The position numbers and the translations under genes were made by a program. From the NCBI RefSeq assembly GCF_963921235.1, contig NC_086097.1, positions 208,632,001 through 208,696,000 on the forward strand: a DNA stretch of 64,000 nucleotides, read 5' to 3'. Shown one piece after another: positions 1 to 13,120 of this stretch (position 1 is the first letter of the stretch; every line of letters starts with the position of its first letter). The notes beneath the pieces are model-generated. The model worked only from the letters and a program-made list of their open reading frames with translations. It made no database searches and was not told the DNA's origin. The stretch is from Mobula hypostoma. Its lineage: Eukaryota.

Positions 1-78
1 TTATGATTGAATGGTGAGCAGACGTGAGGGACTGAATAGCCTAATTTTGCTCCAATGTCTTATAGTCTTATGATCTTA
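1..78 (+). mobile_element. CR1 LINE 3' terminus, cut by window edge
   Basis: ATGATTGAATGG...GCCTAATTTTGCTCC followed by (TCTTATRG)-like tail; matches the 3' end at 1179-1256. Confidence 0.75.
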
Positions 79-191
79 AAACATTTGTCCTGTTTAAATC
101 TCCTAGTACCACAAACGCTTGTCATACAACACAAAACAAAAAGTTCTCCCTACATAGTTCAGTTGTTTTGTCTTCTATGCTACTGACAAGG

Positions 192-1256
192 ATCCTTTAC
201 TGGTTGGCTGCCAGTGACTAGTGGTGTTCCGTAGGGGTCAGTGCTGGGACCACTTCTTTTTATGCTGTATGTAAATGATTTAGATAATGGAATAGATGGC
301 TTTGTTGCCAAGTTTGCAGATGATATGAAGATTGGTGGAGGGACAGGTAGTGTTGTGGAAACAGATAGGATGCAGAAGGACTTAGATTGGTTGGGAGAAT
401 GGGCAAGAAAGTGGCAAATGAAATATAACGTTGCAAAATGCATGGTCATGCACTTTGGTGGTAGAAATAAACGTCCCGACTATTTTCTAAATGGGGAGAA
501 AATCCAGGAATCTGAGATGCAGAGGGACTTGGGAGTCCTTGTGCAGAACACCCTGAAGTTTAACTTACAGGTTGAGTCAGTGGTGAGGAAAGCAAATGCC
601 ATGTTAGCATTCATTTCAAGAGGTCTAGAATACGAGAGCAGGGGTGTGATGCTGAGGCTTTATAAAGCACTGATGAGGCATCACCTTGAGTATTATGAAC
701 AGTTTTGGGCCCCTCATCTTAGAAAAGATGTGCAGGCATTGGAGAGGGTCCAGAGAAGGTTCACAAGGGTGATTCCAGGAATGTAAGGGTTATCATATGA
801 GGAACGTTTGATGGCTCTGGGTCGGCACTCGCTGGAATTCAGAAGGATGAGGGGGGATCTCATAGAAACCTTTCGAATGTTGAAAGGCCTAGACAGAGTA
901 GATGTGGAAAGGATGTTTCTCATGGTGGGAGAGTCTAGGACAAGGGGGCACAGCCTCAGTATAGAAGGGCGCCCTTTCAAAACAGAGATACAGAGAAATT
1001 CTTTAGCCAAAGGGTGATAAATTTGTGGAATTTATTACCACATGAAACTGTGGAGGTCAGGTTGTTGGGTGTATTTAAGGCAGAGATTGATAGGTTCTTG
1101 ATTGAACATGGCATCAAAGGTTATGGGGAGAAGCCCGGGAGCTGGGGTTGAGGAGGAGCTAGAAAAATGGATCAGCCATGATTGAATGGCGGAGCAGAAT
1201 CGATGGGCTGGATAGCCTAATTCTGCTCCTATGTCTTATGGTCTTGTGGTCTTATG
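192..1256 (+). mobile_element. 5'-truncated CR1 LINE (RT C-terminal half and 3' UTR)
   Basis: ORF 241-786 has LGPLLF, KFADD, RDLGVLV, QFWAPHLRKD and ERVQRRFTR; it continues in 808-1017 (RRMRGDLIETF, RTRGHSL); GTCTTATG-type tail; possible 7-bp TSD GACAAGG (185-191, 1257-1263). Confidence 0.93.
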
Positions 1257-1889
1257 GACAAGGGACATAGTATAACATTTTGCCTTTATGGTAAGTTAGA
1301 AAAATTCTGAAAACCTTTTTTTAATGCTCAATTAAATAAAAATTGAAACCAACGTGGAATTTCTTTACCTAACACTGTAAAGGCAAAATAATAATCCATT
1401 TTACTGTTCCCTCATGAGTACACAAGGAATGAACTATTGCACTAGTTTGCGTGTTTTCAAATCTGCTTTGTCTCATCACAAATTGAGTCTTGAGTGCAGA
1501 TTTATGTAGCAATAAATTACTTTCCTGAGTCAGAGCGAACCTATTAATCACAGCAGAATCAGGGCATTGATTTGTACTTCTCAGTTGCAGTTTCTACAAT
1601 AAATCTAGAGATGGGAAAGTAATTGCAGAGAGGTTGTTTAATCTTTGCTTTGAAACAGTGAGGAGGGGCTTGTTTTTCTGATAGTGTGATTGAATTCCAC
1701 AGCACTTCCTTTACTAACCTGCCCTGATTATAAAAGCACAAGAATTACAACAAAGGGGATAACTTTACAAAATAATATTTTATGCTGTTCACTTCACCAG
1801 AATAATAGTTCATAATTCATTGCAGAATGGCAACATAGAATCAGGGAAACATGCAGCATATAAATTGGTTTATTTGGTCCACACCCTCC

Positions 1890-2400
1890 ACACCCACCCG
1901 ATGTAAATTTGTAGTTGGTTTATTATTGTCACGTGCTGTATACTGAGATCCCATGAAAAACTTTGTTTTGCATGCCACACGTAGGGAAACAGCAATTATA
2001 GAATGCAGAATATGGTGATACATTCACAGGTACAGAAAAACTGCATTACATGACAAAGTAGATTGTTAGATCATCAGGTCTTTATCATAAAGAGGTCCTT
2101 TCAATAATCAGTAGTCTTATAACAGTGGAATGGAAGCTGTCCTTGACCTCGATGGCACACATTGTTATTCCTGAATGGTAGAAGGGGTTAGAAGAGAGAA
2201 GAGAGTGCCTGAGTGGAAGAGATATTTGAGTATGTCGGGTGATTTCTCGAAGTGTAGACAGAGTTCATGGAGGGGACATGATGGATTGAGCTGTATCCAC
2301 AACTCTCTGCAATTTCTTACTGTCTTTGGCAGAGCAGTTGTCATGCCATGCTGTGATACATCCAGATTGGATGCTTTCTACGGTGTATCTGTCATGACTG
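1890..2400 (-). mobile_element. Degenerate Rex1/Babar-like LINE 3' fragment
   Basis: ORF 2265-2468(-) contains RYTVESIQSGCITAWHDNCSAKDSKKLQRVV, homologous to the C-terminus of the 15641-17278 ORF. Confidence 0.75.
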
Positions 2401-2447
2401 TGAAGTAAACCACCAGAGAGAGAGAGAGAGACAGATGGCGGGGGAAA

Positions 2448-3265
2448 TCTGTAATTTGAGACACCCATAAAATCCTTTGCTGCAAAGGACAGCGGTGACT
2501 ATATCACGTCCATTTAGGAAAGCGCCAACCACATCATCAAGAATTATCAGCATCCTTTGGTGTTAGTGCTTCATATCTTCTATCCAGCATTAGGGTAAAA
2601 AAAATGGTCAGCCTAATTATGCTGCGTGGAAATGGAAGGGGGACATTATGGTCAAGAAATGATGCCAAACGTCATTGGGAAGTGGCAAGGAGAGGGAGAG
2701 AACAAGAATCGGATGAGGCCAGGGCCACACGACTCCAGGATCAAAGAGTCAGGACAAAAAAAGATAAGAGAACAAGTGACAGAGGAGGCATGCACATCTC
2801 CAGGATCAGAGACAAACAACAACCAGCAGAAGAGCTGAAGAGACGGGGGATGAAAGGGCTGCACGTCTCCAGAATGACAAAAACAGGCACAGAAGGAGGA
2901 GAGAGGAAGAGACAAAGGAGCTGAGAAATGCACGTCTCCATGATCAGAGACAAAGAACAAACAGCAGAAGAGATGAAGAGACGGGGGATAAAAGGCCTGC
3001 CCATCTCCAGAATGACAACGAGAGGCTTGACAGTGGCAGATAAACCAGAAATGATGCCATCAAAAGTGTCCTTCGTTAAACGAGGAGGAGCCATATTTGC
3101 TTTGCTACGTGTCGTTCTTCTTTAATAAACTGAGGTTTTCTACTTCAGTTTCCAAAGGAAAGAGATACCAATAGCATTCAGGAAAATTTAATGTTCATTC
3201 TGGTCACATCAGACTGCACTACACTTCTCTTAAAGGGTGTCCCAACGGGTCACCCTGTTGTCTAG
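2448..3265 (+). mobile_element. Probable non-autonomous Helitron (N-terminal repeat region of RepHel plus 3' hairpin/CTAG end); 5' boundary uncertain
   Basis: Frame 2780-3043 encodes 23-aa repeats ETGDERAARLQND.., ETKELRNARLHDQ.. and ETGDKRPAHLQND; imperfect palindrome CAACGGGT-C-ACCCTGTTG (3243-3260), then CTAG (3262-3265) followed by T. Confidence 0.65.
2790..3018 (+). repeat. 69-bp tandem repeat with 138-bp ABAB higher-order structure
   Basis: TGCMCRTCTCCA motif at 2791, 2860, 2929 and 2998; 2790-2880 is highly similar to 2928-3018. Confidence 0.9.
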
Positions 3266-4444
3266 TTAACTTCTACTTACCACCATTTTTTCCAGCTGAT
3301 CTTTGACCTTTAGTATCCTTCTTTGCTATTCAAAACTCCACAGATGTTCATGTTGTCTGGAAACTTGTCAGAGACTTCCAGTTAGAAAAATACCGATTCA
3401 CCATGATTGTTTGCCTCCTATCACCCACACAACTTTACCTCTGGTCTGCATACATGTTTCAAATCCTTTCTCTTTAGCCTATCATGCCAGACCTTGTCAA
3501 ACCTCTTACTAAAATCAATGTAAATCATGTCTATTGCTCAGCCCTGATCAATTTTCCAAGTTACGTTGTTAAAAAACTATCAGACTTGTAAGACATGATC
3601 TTCTTTGCACAAATAGAGAAAGAGTTGTAAATTAAAGATAATAAGATCAATGCCATAGCAGAGGTAGAAAGGCTGCAAAAATAATGCAAAGAAAGATTAT
3701 ATTTAAAGAAAGCAAAACCAGAAGGGAAAGTGAAAAAATCGAAAAATAAGACTTTGTACCTGCAGCACTTTATTTTCAATACTGGGGAGAATGGCATAGT
3801 TAACAATTTTCATGTTATTTGAAGAGAACTGAAATAAACAAGACTAAAATTTTTGTAGGAAACTTTCCTACAACCTCATGACATTCAGAACATTTTAGTC
3901 ATAAGGTAGATATCAAGTTCCCAGTTCGACGCTGTGAACTGTCTATCAGTATTAAATTGGGTATTGGCATGAATAACAGTAGGTGCCACGTGTTTCACTG
4001 AGCAGAAAATTAAGATCCAATATATTGTTTCTGTCTATAGCATTTATCCAACTCAAAAAGGGCCAAGAAACATATCCTAATTCAGTGTTAACTGTAATTT
4101 AGGGTTGAAACATAAACTTTTGTCTCTACTCCAGACCATATTAAAGTATCTAATTCCCCTACAATTCTTATGATTGCTGTAATTTTGCTGATAAGATTGT
4201 AAGTGCAGTCAATTTGTGACTGCCTAAATGTCAGAAAGTGATATGCTGCCAAAAATTTAATGTCTCTGAAATTTAATGGATGTATTAAGTGTATTTGCTT
4301 TTAGGAAAGGAAGACACGTTAGTATGAATGCAAGAAGGCAATAATGTGGCTACAGTCTCGAATGTATTTTCAGAAATAGACCACAAAACTAACTCATCTT
4401 CATTCATAGCAACAATTCTGAGTATAGGTATGAAAGTTTTGTCT

Positions 4445-5495
4445 TGGCCTATTTCTGTTTTGTGGAGAATAGCGATCATAATTGGTCAAGTAAGGCTGTG
4501 ACTTCACACCAGCAGTCTTCAGGATCTTCTTTGCCCTTCTCCTGAGGTGCACATTTGATACTGCAACAAAGAGGATCCACATCAGATCAGATGGAGGGCC
4601 TCTAACTTGCTAGCCTCCCACCATAGGGTCTTTACAAACACCTAACCAAGGTGCGTGAGGATTTGATCAGAGATATGCTGTTTGCTAATGTGCAGCAGCC
4701 ACAACCCATGCTCCACCACATCTCCAGAGCCTGCTGGATCACTTCTCCCAGGCCTGCAAGGAATTTGGTCTGGCTATCAGCTTGGAAAAGACAAACATCA
4801 CACGAGTCTGGGAGAACTCCACACTCTCAGTCAAAACAAAGATGGCAGTGTACAAAGCTTGTGTCACCAGCACACTGCTGTATGGCAGCAAAACCTGGAC
4901 AATGTATGATAAGTATGAGACAACACCTTCCACTTAAGGTGACTTTGTCACATCTTGGGGATTTTCTAGAGCAGCCAAACTTTTTTATGCCGTGATCCAA
5001 TACCATTCAGCTAGACTATGTGGACTCCAAGTTGGGAACCCTATCCTAGAGAGACAGAATACCAAATAATGAGGTTCTCTCTCATGCTGGTCTCCTTAGC
5101 ATGTACACCTTGCTTAGGTAGCATAGGCTATGCAGGCTAGGCCATGCCCGCCACATCCCAAAAGACATCCTTTACAATGAGTTGTCTTTAGGCAAGAGAA
5201 CTTCTGGCTGCACACAGCTGCGCTACAAGGATGTCTGCAACTGGGAGATGCAGGTGCTGGACATCAACTTTGAGTCCTAGGAGGAACTTGCAGTTGACTG
5301 CACCAAATGGAGAAGTAACCTGAAACAAACACCTTAAGTCAGGTGAAGAGAATTTCCTGAAAGTGGCGGAAGACAAGCAGGACCATAGAAATGAATGCTA
5401 CAGCTGAGTTTTACAACAGAGACTGCCACTCTTGCTCTCGTTAGCCACAGACAGCACTGCACCAACAACTAGGACGCCAATGGAGGGCCAAAATA
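4445..5495 (+). mobile_element. Decayed RTE-clade LINE (RT to 3' end)
   Basis: Broken frames read as VREDLIRDMLFA, LLYGSKTW, IPKDILYNEL and QLRYKDVC, typical of RTE ORF C-terminal halves. Confidence 0.75.
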
Positions 5496-6747
5496 AAAGG
5501 GATCAGGAATTGGGCAAAATTGCATAAACGTTCTTTCAAGTACTAGTAATTAGGTGATTAATCTGAGACTAAGAACAGTGGTGAATTGAATGTGTCTGTG
5601 AGTTGTTAGTGGAGCCACTACCTGCAGTGCAAGTACAATGCTTCATCAGAATTAGATCTTGCCTTTACTTTTGTTGTATTACAAGAAGGCCAGTTAAAAA
5701 CTATTAGGGCACACATAATCTCATTCACGCATACTTTGTAACTCAGCCAGTGCCTGGAAATTTAGTTCAAAGGATGTATGTGCCGTATTACACTGCCAAG
5801 GAAACATACGTTTTATCAATATTTTACTTAAAGGTTTTTTGTCTCATCCATGTCAAAATTTGACAAGAAATCACAGACATAAATCCAAGCATGAGGTTTT
5901 TATCACTTTTGGTTTGTTAGGTGAAGGACAAATTGATACATCAATCATCATTTGTAAAGTGTTTGAAAGTGCATATGCACTTACAGCTGAAAAGATCTAT
6001 ACTAAGCATTTTTGTGCTTCGTTGTCTAAATTTCCGCTGCATAAAGGTTCGTTTATTCTGTGCTGTAGTTTCTATGGTTTAAAATATCTGGTTCCTCTAA
6101 ATTACAGAGCCTACTCCAAGTGTAAATTTTTCAAAATATAATTCATTTCAGTTCACTCTAAAGTTCACGGTTCAATGTAAATTTATTATCAATGACTGTA
6201 TACAATATGTCACAACATAATACACTGAGATTTATTTTCTTGCAGGTACTTGTAGCAGAACAGAGAAACACAATGAAATCAATGAAAAACTACACACAAA
6301 TAACCAATGTGCAAACAAAAAGCAAGTAACTAATAAAAAATAAACAACAATCAATTAATCATTCAATAAATAGATAATAAATAAACAATAGATAAATAAT
6401 GGACAGATAGGTAAATAGTTAATTAATTAATTCTGAGAACATGTGTTTTGTAATGATGAGGATTTTGTTTCTCTCTCACTATTTTAAATGTATGTTATAC
6501 AACTTGGACCCAGAATTGAATCTATTGAATTGAATCTTACATCCAACTCACAATGTGAGGGAATCTTTGTGTTATGATTCTGTCACAATGTAAAGACATG
6601 TGAATTTAGAATGGTTTGTAGAAAGAAGCTGTCCCTTAGCATGTTGGTCCTGGCTTTTATGCTGTGGTACTGTTTGCCAGAGGAATGTTGGCTCGTTCAA
6701 CTGTATCCATGTATGGTTTGAATGATAATTAACTTGATTTGATTTGA

Positions 6748-7232
6748 AACAAGAGAAAGTCTGCCGATGCTGGAAATCTGAGCAACACACACAAAATGCT
6801 GGAGGAACTCACCATGCCAGGCAGCATCTATGAAAAAAAGTACAGTCGACATTTCGAGCTGAAACCCTTCGGCAAGACTGTAGAAAAAAAAGCCAAGGAG
6901 TAGATTTGAAAGGTGGGGGGAGGGGAGAGAGAAACGCCAGGCGATAGGTGAAATTTGGAGAGGGGGATGAAGCAAAGAACTAGGAAGTTGATTGGTGAAA
7001 GAGACAGAAGGCCATGGAAGAAAGAAGAAAGGGGGGAGGAGAACCACAGGGAGGCGATGGGTGGGCAAGGAGATAGCATGAGAGTGGGACAAGGGGATGG
7101 GAAATAGTGGCGGGGGGGTGGTGTGGAGGGATTAATGGAAGTTTGAGAAATCAATGTTCATGCCATCAGGTCGGAGGCCACCCAAACGGAATATAAAGTG
7201 TTGTTCCTCCAACCTAAGTGTGGCCTTATCCT
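6748..7232 (-). mobile_element. Penelope-like element 3' fragment nested in Rex1-like relics
   Basis: Homologous to 54124-54660: terminal tail, degenerate hammerhead at 6843-6880, and end of the GIY-YIG ORF. Confidence 0.85.
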
Positions 7233-7876
7233 GACAATTTGATTTCATTTGAGCTGCAGAGCCCTTGAAAGTGAGCCCATAGGTTGTGGATTCAGTTCAG
7301 AGTTGAGATGAGCGCAGTCATCCATGCTGGTTCAGAAGGCTTATGGTCAAAGGGTAAAAGCTGTTCCTCTGGTGTGAGACTCGAGGCTCCTATACCTCCT
7401 CCTGGTTGTAGCAGTGAGATAAGAGCATGGCCTTGAGGCTGGGAAGTTTGTCTGATGAAGTCATAATTATGAATCCAAAGAAAATAATCAATTTACTCCA
7501 GTGGCACAGAACTCTTGCTTCTAGGATGATGTACTCTGGAAGTTTACCAAGACATTTGCTATCTTTTGGAACACGGTACAACTGGTCGCAATGCAATATG
7601 TATTCAGTCTGTTAGCATCCTCTATTTAACAGTCCTTAAATGCAATGTTGTTACCTATCATTGAAACACCTCATTATACTTAAATAAATCAAGGATCAAG
7701 TTTGACAAAACATATGGAAAGTATTTCCTTAATAAGTACTTCAGACACCAATGCTGTCCATCATATAAATCTTCCCAAGGTGATGAGCAGGGCTACAATC
7801 AGACACACACAAAAATTCTGTTGATGTTATGAACTAGTACATCATGGGTAAAACCCTCCCAATCATTCAGCACATC

Positions 7877-9325
7877 TAGAAACGTAGAAACATAGAAAAC
7901 ATATAGCACAGTATGTGTTAATGCACAAGGCTGTGCCAAACATATCCCTACCTAAGGACTACCTAGGATTTACCCAGAGCCTTCTATTTTTCTAAGCTCC
8001 ATGTAGCCATCCAGGAGTTTCTTAAAAGACCCTACCATTTCCACCTCCACTACTGCCGCCGGCAGCCCATTCCACGCACACACCACTTCCTGCGTAAAAG
8101 ACTTACCCCTGACATCTCCTCTGTACCTACTTCCAAGCACCTTAAAACTGTGCCCTCTTCTGCTAGCCATTTCAGCCCTGGGGAAAAGCTTCTGACTATC
8201 CACATGATCAATGACTCTTATTATCTTGTACACCTCTATCAAGTCACCTCTCATCCTCTGTCGCTCCAAGGAGAAAAGGCCGAATTCACTTGTTAGAGTG
8301 AATTTTTTTGGGTAGATGATTCGTTTACACTTAAATGACTTTGGCCACCAGACTTCTATTTGATAAAGTACTGTGGATTGAGTCCACAACAATGTGCTTC
8401 CTAAAAAAGTGTGAGTACCAGATGCTTCTGGCGCTGTAGTTTAACCAGATGCTATAGTTTTGAAGACAGTATTATCTATACTTTATAAATATTAATTGTC
8501 TTCTATGTTAGCATGTAAAATGCCAAATAAATGTATTGTGGATTTAACTTGCATTCCTAAAGGCTGTGGATACCAACCCAGAAATGTTGACGTTGGAAGG
8601 AAATGATGAAGTCGGAAGGTGTGATGTTTGTAGGTAGCTTCAAAAGGAAGCATTGTCTATAACTTTTTAAATAGCGATTGCCTTTGTGTTTAGCATATAA
8701 ATATCGAACCCCCATTGGGCTAGCAGACTTTTCTACCGAAAGCGTCTCTGTCCATATGATGCCTGTTATACCTTGTTGTGTCGAATAAAGAAGCTGCTTT
8801 GTATCTACCAGTGACTCTGTCTCTCTGGTGATTTCATCCACGCTACACACTCAACCTATTCTCATAAGGCATGCTCCCCAATTCAGGCAACATCCTTGTA
8901 AATCTCCTCTGCACTTTTTCTATGGTTTCTACGTCCTTCCTATAGTGAGGCGACCAGAATTGAGCACAGTACTCCAAGTGGAGTCTGACCAGGGTCCTAT
9001 ATAGCTGCAACATTACCTGTCGGCCCTTAAATTCAATCCCACGATTGATGAAGGCCAATGCACTATATGCATTCTTAACCACAGAGTCAACCTGCACAGC
9101 AGCTTTGAGTGTCCTATGGACTCGGACCCCAAGATCTCTCTGATCCTCCACAGTGCCAAGAGTCTTACCATTAATACTATATTCTGCCATCATATTTGAC
9201 CTACCAAAATGAACCACCTCACACTTATCTGGGTTGAACTCCAACTGCCACTTCTCAGCCCAGTATCAATGCATCCTATCAATGTCCTGTTGTAACCTCT
9301 GACAGCCCTCAACACTGTCCACAAC
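7877..9325 (-). mobile_element. 5'-truncated CR1 LINE split by a solo LTR
   Basis: ORFs 8843-9244(-) (FNPDKCEVVHFG, RDLGVRV, LEYCAQFWSPHYRKD) and 7970-8290(-) (RMRGDLIEVYKI) join across 8291-8847; tail repeats at 7877-7906. Confidence 0.92.
8291..8847 (+). mobile_element. Solo LTR, copy 1
   Basis: TG...CA ends; CACT duplicated at 8287-8290 and 8848-8851; TATAAA 8696, AATAAA 8784; interrupts the CR1 frame; homologous to 21114-21679. Confidence 0.88.
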
Positions 9326-9327
9326 AT

Positions 9328-9742
9328 CTACATGAAATGTTATCGTAGAAAAGCAGCGTCCATCATCAAAGATTCTCACCACCCAGGCTGTGCTCTTCTC
9401 TTGCTGCTGCCATCAGGTAGAAGGTACAAGTGCCTTGGGTCTTGTACCACCAGCTCATAAATAGTTACTACCCCTTAACCATCAGGTTCTTGAACAAAGG
9501 GGGATAGTTACACTCATTTAAGGACTCTGTTATATTGTTATTTCATGCTTGTTATTTATTGCAATTTATTTATATCTGCATTGTGCAGTTTTTTTACAGC
9601 TTCCGGCTCCTGATGTTTTACAGTTTACAGTTACTGTTTTACAGATTTGCTAGGAACGCCCACAGAGTAAAAATCTCAGGCTTGTATGTGGTGACATGTA
9701 TGTACTCTGATAATATATTTTATTTTGAACTTTGAACTTTGA
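9328..9742 (+). mobile_element. Rex1/Babar-like LINE 3' fragment
   Basis: RKAASIIKDSHHPG..LLPSGRRY motif, 3' UTR and (TTTGAAC)n tail. Confidence 0.8.
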
Positions 9743-12374
9743 CCAATTGCCTGGTTTTATTTTACAAACCTCTTTAACAATTTCTTTTTTTTTAATCTTC
9801 AGAATGAACTATTACATAGAAAATAATCCCTTTGTAAGATGTGTACATACACCATTCATACAACTACATGTAATATCTTATACATTTACAATTTCTTCCT
9901 TCATGCATTGCAGTTATTAAAATCTCTTTTATTTTATGAAGGATAAGGTTAAGCAACTGGCTGAACGAGATAGATTTCCTGTGCTGCGGAGACCTAATGC
10001 CCACCTTTATGCGTGGCTGCTTACAGATGTGCATGGACTTCTGGGACACAAATATTCTCTTGTTACTTTCTGCTGTGAACCTAACTGTCCCTTATTCTGA
10101 AATGGCTGGACTTGACTACACTGGCTGAGCAGGCAAAGGATACTGAGGTAAGTTTTCTGTTTTTCTGTTCAATATTCCTTGCTTCACACCTTTCACATGA
10201 GGTTTCTGAGGAGGAACCATTTCATTTACAGGCCATTAAACAATGGTCAGTGATTAGGATCTTGATGGATTTAATTGGGTGTTTTTCAAGCTAGATGGTT
10301 GAGACCTTTGACAATTAATCTCAACATCAAATTTGTCCCAACAGGCACTGGGATTCATGCACCAAGTACCTGTCTGTGGGGGCTTTTCCCACTCTCTTTG
10401 AACTTTAAATTCCCCACAAGCTACTCTTACGTTTGTTAAGTTTGAGGGAGCTGAAGGGAACTCGGGGAGGGGACAAGGGAATGGAGAAAATGTGAAGATA
10501 TAGAGATAGATATATCGGTATCCCAGGTTTATTCACAACAGCCCATTATTCAGTGCTCCGTGATGTGTTCCCTGGGATGGATGCTGAGGCAGATGTCAAG
10601 TACGACCAATCAGCTTGGCAAAAGAGTGACTGTGATTGGCCAAAAATCTGTTGATCTGTGAGCACAGAGAACTGTCCATGACAACATGTGCTGCAGAATG
10701 CTCACAACAAAGTGTGATCTTTGTAAAGACCCTATGGTGGGAGGCTGCTCTGTTACAACTATCATTCAAGAATATACACAGCAGGAATGTTAAGTGTATG
10801 AATGATCATGTACTACGGCTGATAGTATGATAGTACGGTGGCTACACTATATTATCGGTCATTGTTTAGTAGCAAGAAAAGTTTTGTGCAGGTTCTAGAT
10901 CTTTTAACTCAGACAGGCATTAAAGATGTGGAAGGGATCAACTGTCAGTTGTCCATTGGCTTTGATTTTCTGAGGTGCGAAACTTAATAGGAGTTAGATG
11001 CTGTCCCTGAAAATAAATGTGCCTGGTAGATATAATATTACACACCTCTGCTGTATGTCATTATCAAAATTAGTTAGTTCTGCAGTCTGTAGACGTTGGA
11101 GCCTTCAATATGCTGAGTAAGAAAATCCTGAAGTGGATTAGAGATGTTCCTTTTCCTGTGTTTCCTGTGTTTTGTTCCAGGTGGTTTTGCCAAATTTCAA
11201 AAACTATGCTACAAATCCATTTTGACTCTTTACATCAGAATTATCAGATAAGTTCAGATAAAATAAAATAAAGTTTGACCAGGGAAAGACCAAATAAATT
11301 GTTTCCCAGAAACTAGAACAAAGGTCCATCAGGTTACTCCAGAGAAGCTGCAATATGCAGTAAAGAATCGTTATTGTATTACTTATATATTGCATCCCAC
11401 ATTTCAGAAAACAGAGTTGTACAAACATAAAGTCTCTGTTTTAAGTTCAATTCAAAAGCCCCAGCATGAAAGAGCTCACACAGCTTGCGTAGTGCAAGCA
11501 ACAATTAAACTCTTGCAGATATCTATCTTGTGGCAAGTGACAAACCGGTACGTGGCTCTGTTCACAGACTCAGCTGATTGTGATGTGAGGCACATTGATG
11601 CTCATACAGTATACCGTAGATACTAACATTTATGATTAAACAATATATATCCTGTCAGAATCAAGATCAATATGTGCTAATGCTCATTCCAAATCTTACT
11701 TGCATTTTTCAATAATTATTCCCACTCTATTGTATGTTTAGTTGCAGTTTGCTATATGTGCAGGATTAGCAAGCATTTGGCACAGAGTTCAGAGTGGTTT
11801 CATGCAGATAATATTTACATGCAGACCTATGTGACTTCCTACATATGTTGATCATGCAAAATTATCCTGGCTCAAATGGTAAAAACTTATGTTAATGTTA
11901 AGTGTCAATGATAGTTCAACGTTATCCGTCTGGTTAAAGGTATTTGAAGATCTTGCATAAAGCAATTCTATGAGGATATGGTAAATGATGGATGAGAAAA
12001 CCAGAAGGAAAATCAGGAAATAAATAAAGTCTTAAACAGCTCTGTTAATACATAGAAAACAAAGCTGAAGAACATCCAAAATAAACAAGTGTTGATTAAA
12101 ACATTGTTGGAATTCCAAGATAAAATATTTATAAGTATGAATAATAGAATGAGCTTGTTAGAGTGCTACATTACCTCACGCTCACACATTGCCAAAGATA
12201 CTGAGTGTTTTAATTAATAAGCCTAAATCTGGTTTCATGGTAAGAAGGTTACATCATAAAAGAGGACATGGCAACAAGAAAAGAGGGATTTAGTGAATTT
12301 GAAATCACATCACATTCAACTGATATAAGAAAAGTTGAATGGAAGAAATTGTATCTTCTGTAGACTTTAGATCG

Positions 12375-13120
12375 ACTGCATTTGGATTTTCTTAAGGGGA
12401 TATCTTGCCTGACAAATCTGTTGGAATTCATTGAGGAAATAACAGACAGGCTAGACAGGGGAGATTCAGGTGTTTACATGGATTTTCAAAAGGCCTTAGA
12501 CATGAGGTGCTGCACATGAGGCTGCTAAACAAATTAAAGAGTCCATGGTTTTACAAGACACATATTAACATAGAATAGATGAATGAATGGCTGACTGGCA
12601 GGAGGCAAAGAGTGAAAATGGAAGGTCCTTTTCCGACTGGTTGCCTGTGACCAGTGATGTTCATTGGGGTCATTATTGGTTCTGCTACTTTTAATGTTAT
12701 TTGTTAATAATCTGATGATGGAATTGATTTTGTCCAAGTTTGTAGATGATATAAAGATCAATCGAGGAGCAGGGAGTGTTGAGGAAATAGGGGGTCAGCA
12801 GAATGAGGTAGACAGATGGCGAAAATGGGCAAAGAAGTAATACAATGTAGGTAAGTGTATGGACATGTATTTAGCTGGAGGAATAAAGCTGTAGACTATT
12901 TTCTACATGGAGAGTGAATTCAGAAATCGGAGGTGCAAAGGGACTGAGTGCAGGATTCGCTGAAGATTAATTTACAGGTTGAGTTGATAGTAAGAAAGGC
13001 AAGTGCAATGTTCGCATTCAATTTGAGAAGATTAGAATATAGAACTAAATATGTAATGCTGAAGCTTCATAAAGCATTGGTCAGACTGCACTTGGAGTAT
13101 TTTGAGCAGTTTTGAGCCCC
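12375..13120 (+). mobile_element. Degenerate CR1 RT fragment
   Basis: SCLTNLLEF, DFQKA and KFVDDIK-like relics in broken frames; homologous to 192-720. Confidence 0.8.

Noticed and set aside
2604..3125. ORFs 2604-2924, 2928-3125 and their antisense ORFs as host genes
   Set aside because: They are mostly alternative frames of the frameshifted 69-bp repeat; the informative frame is 2780-3043
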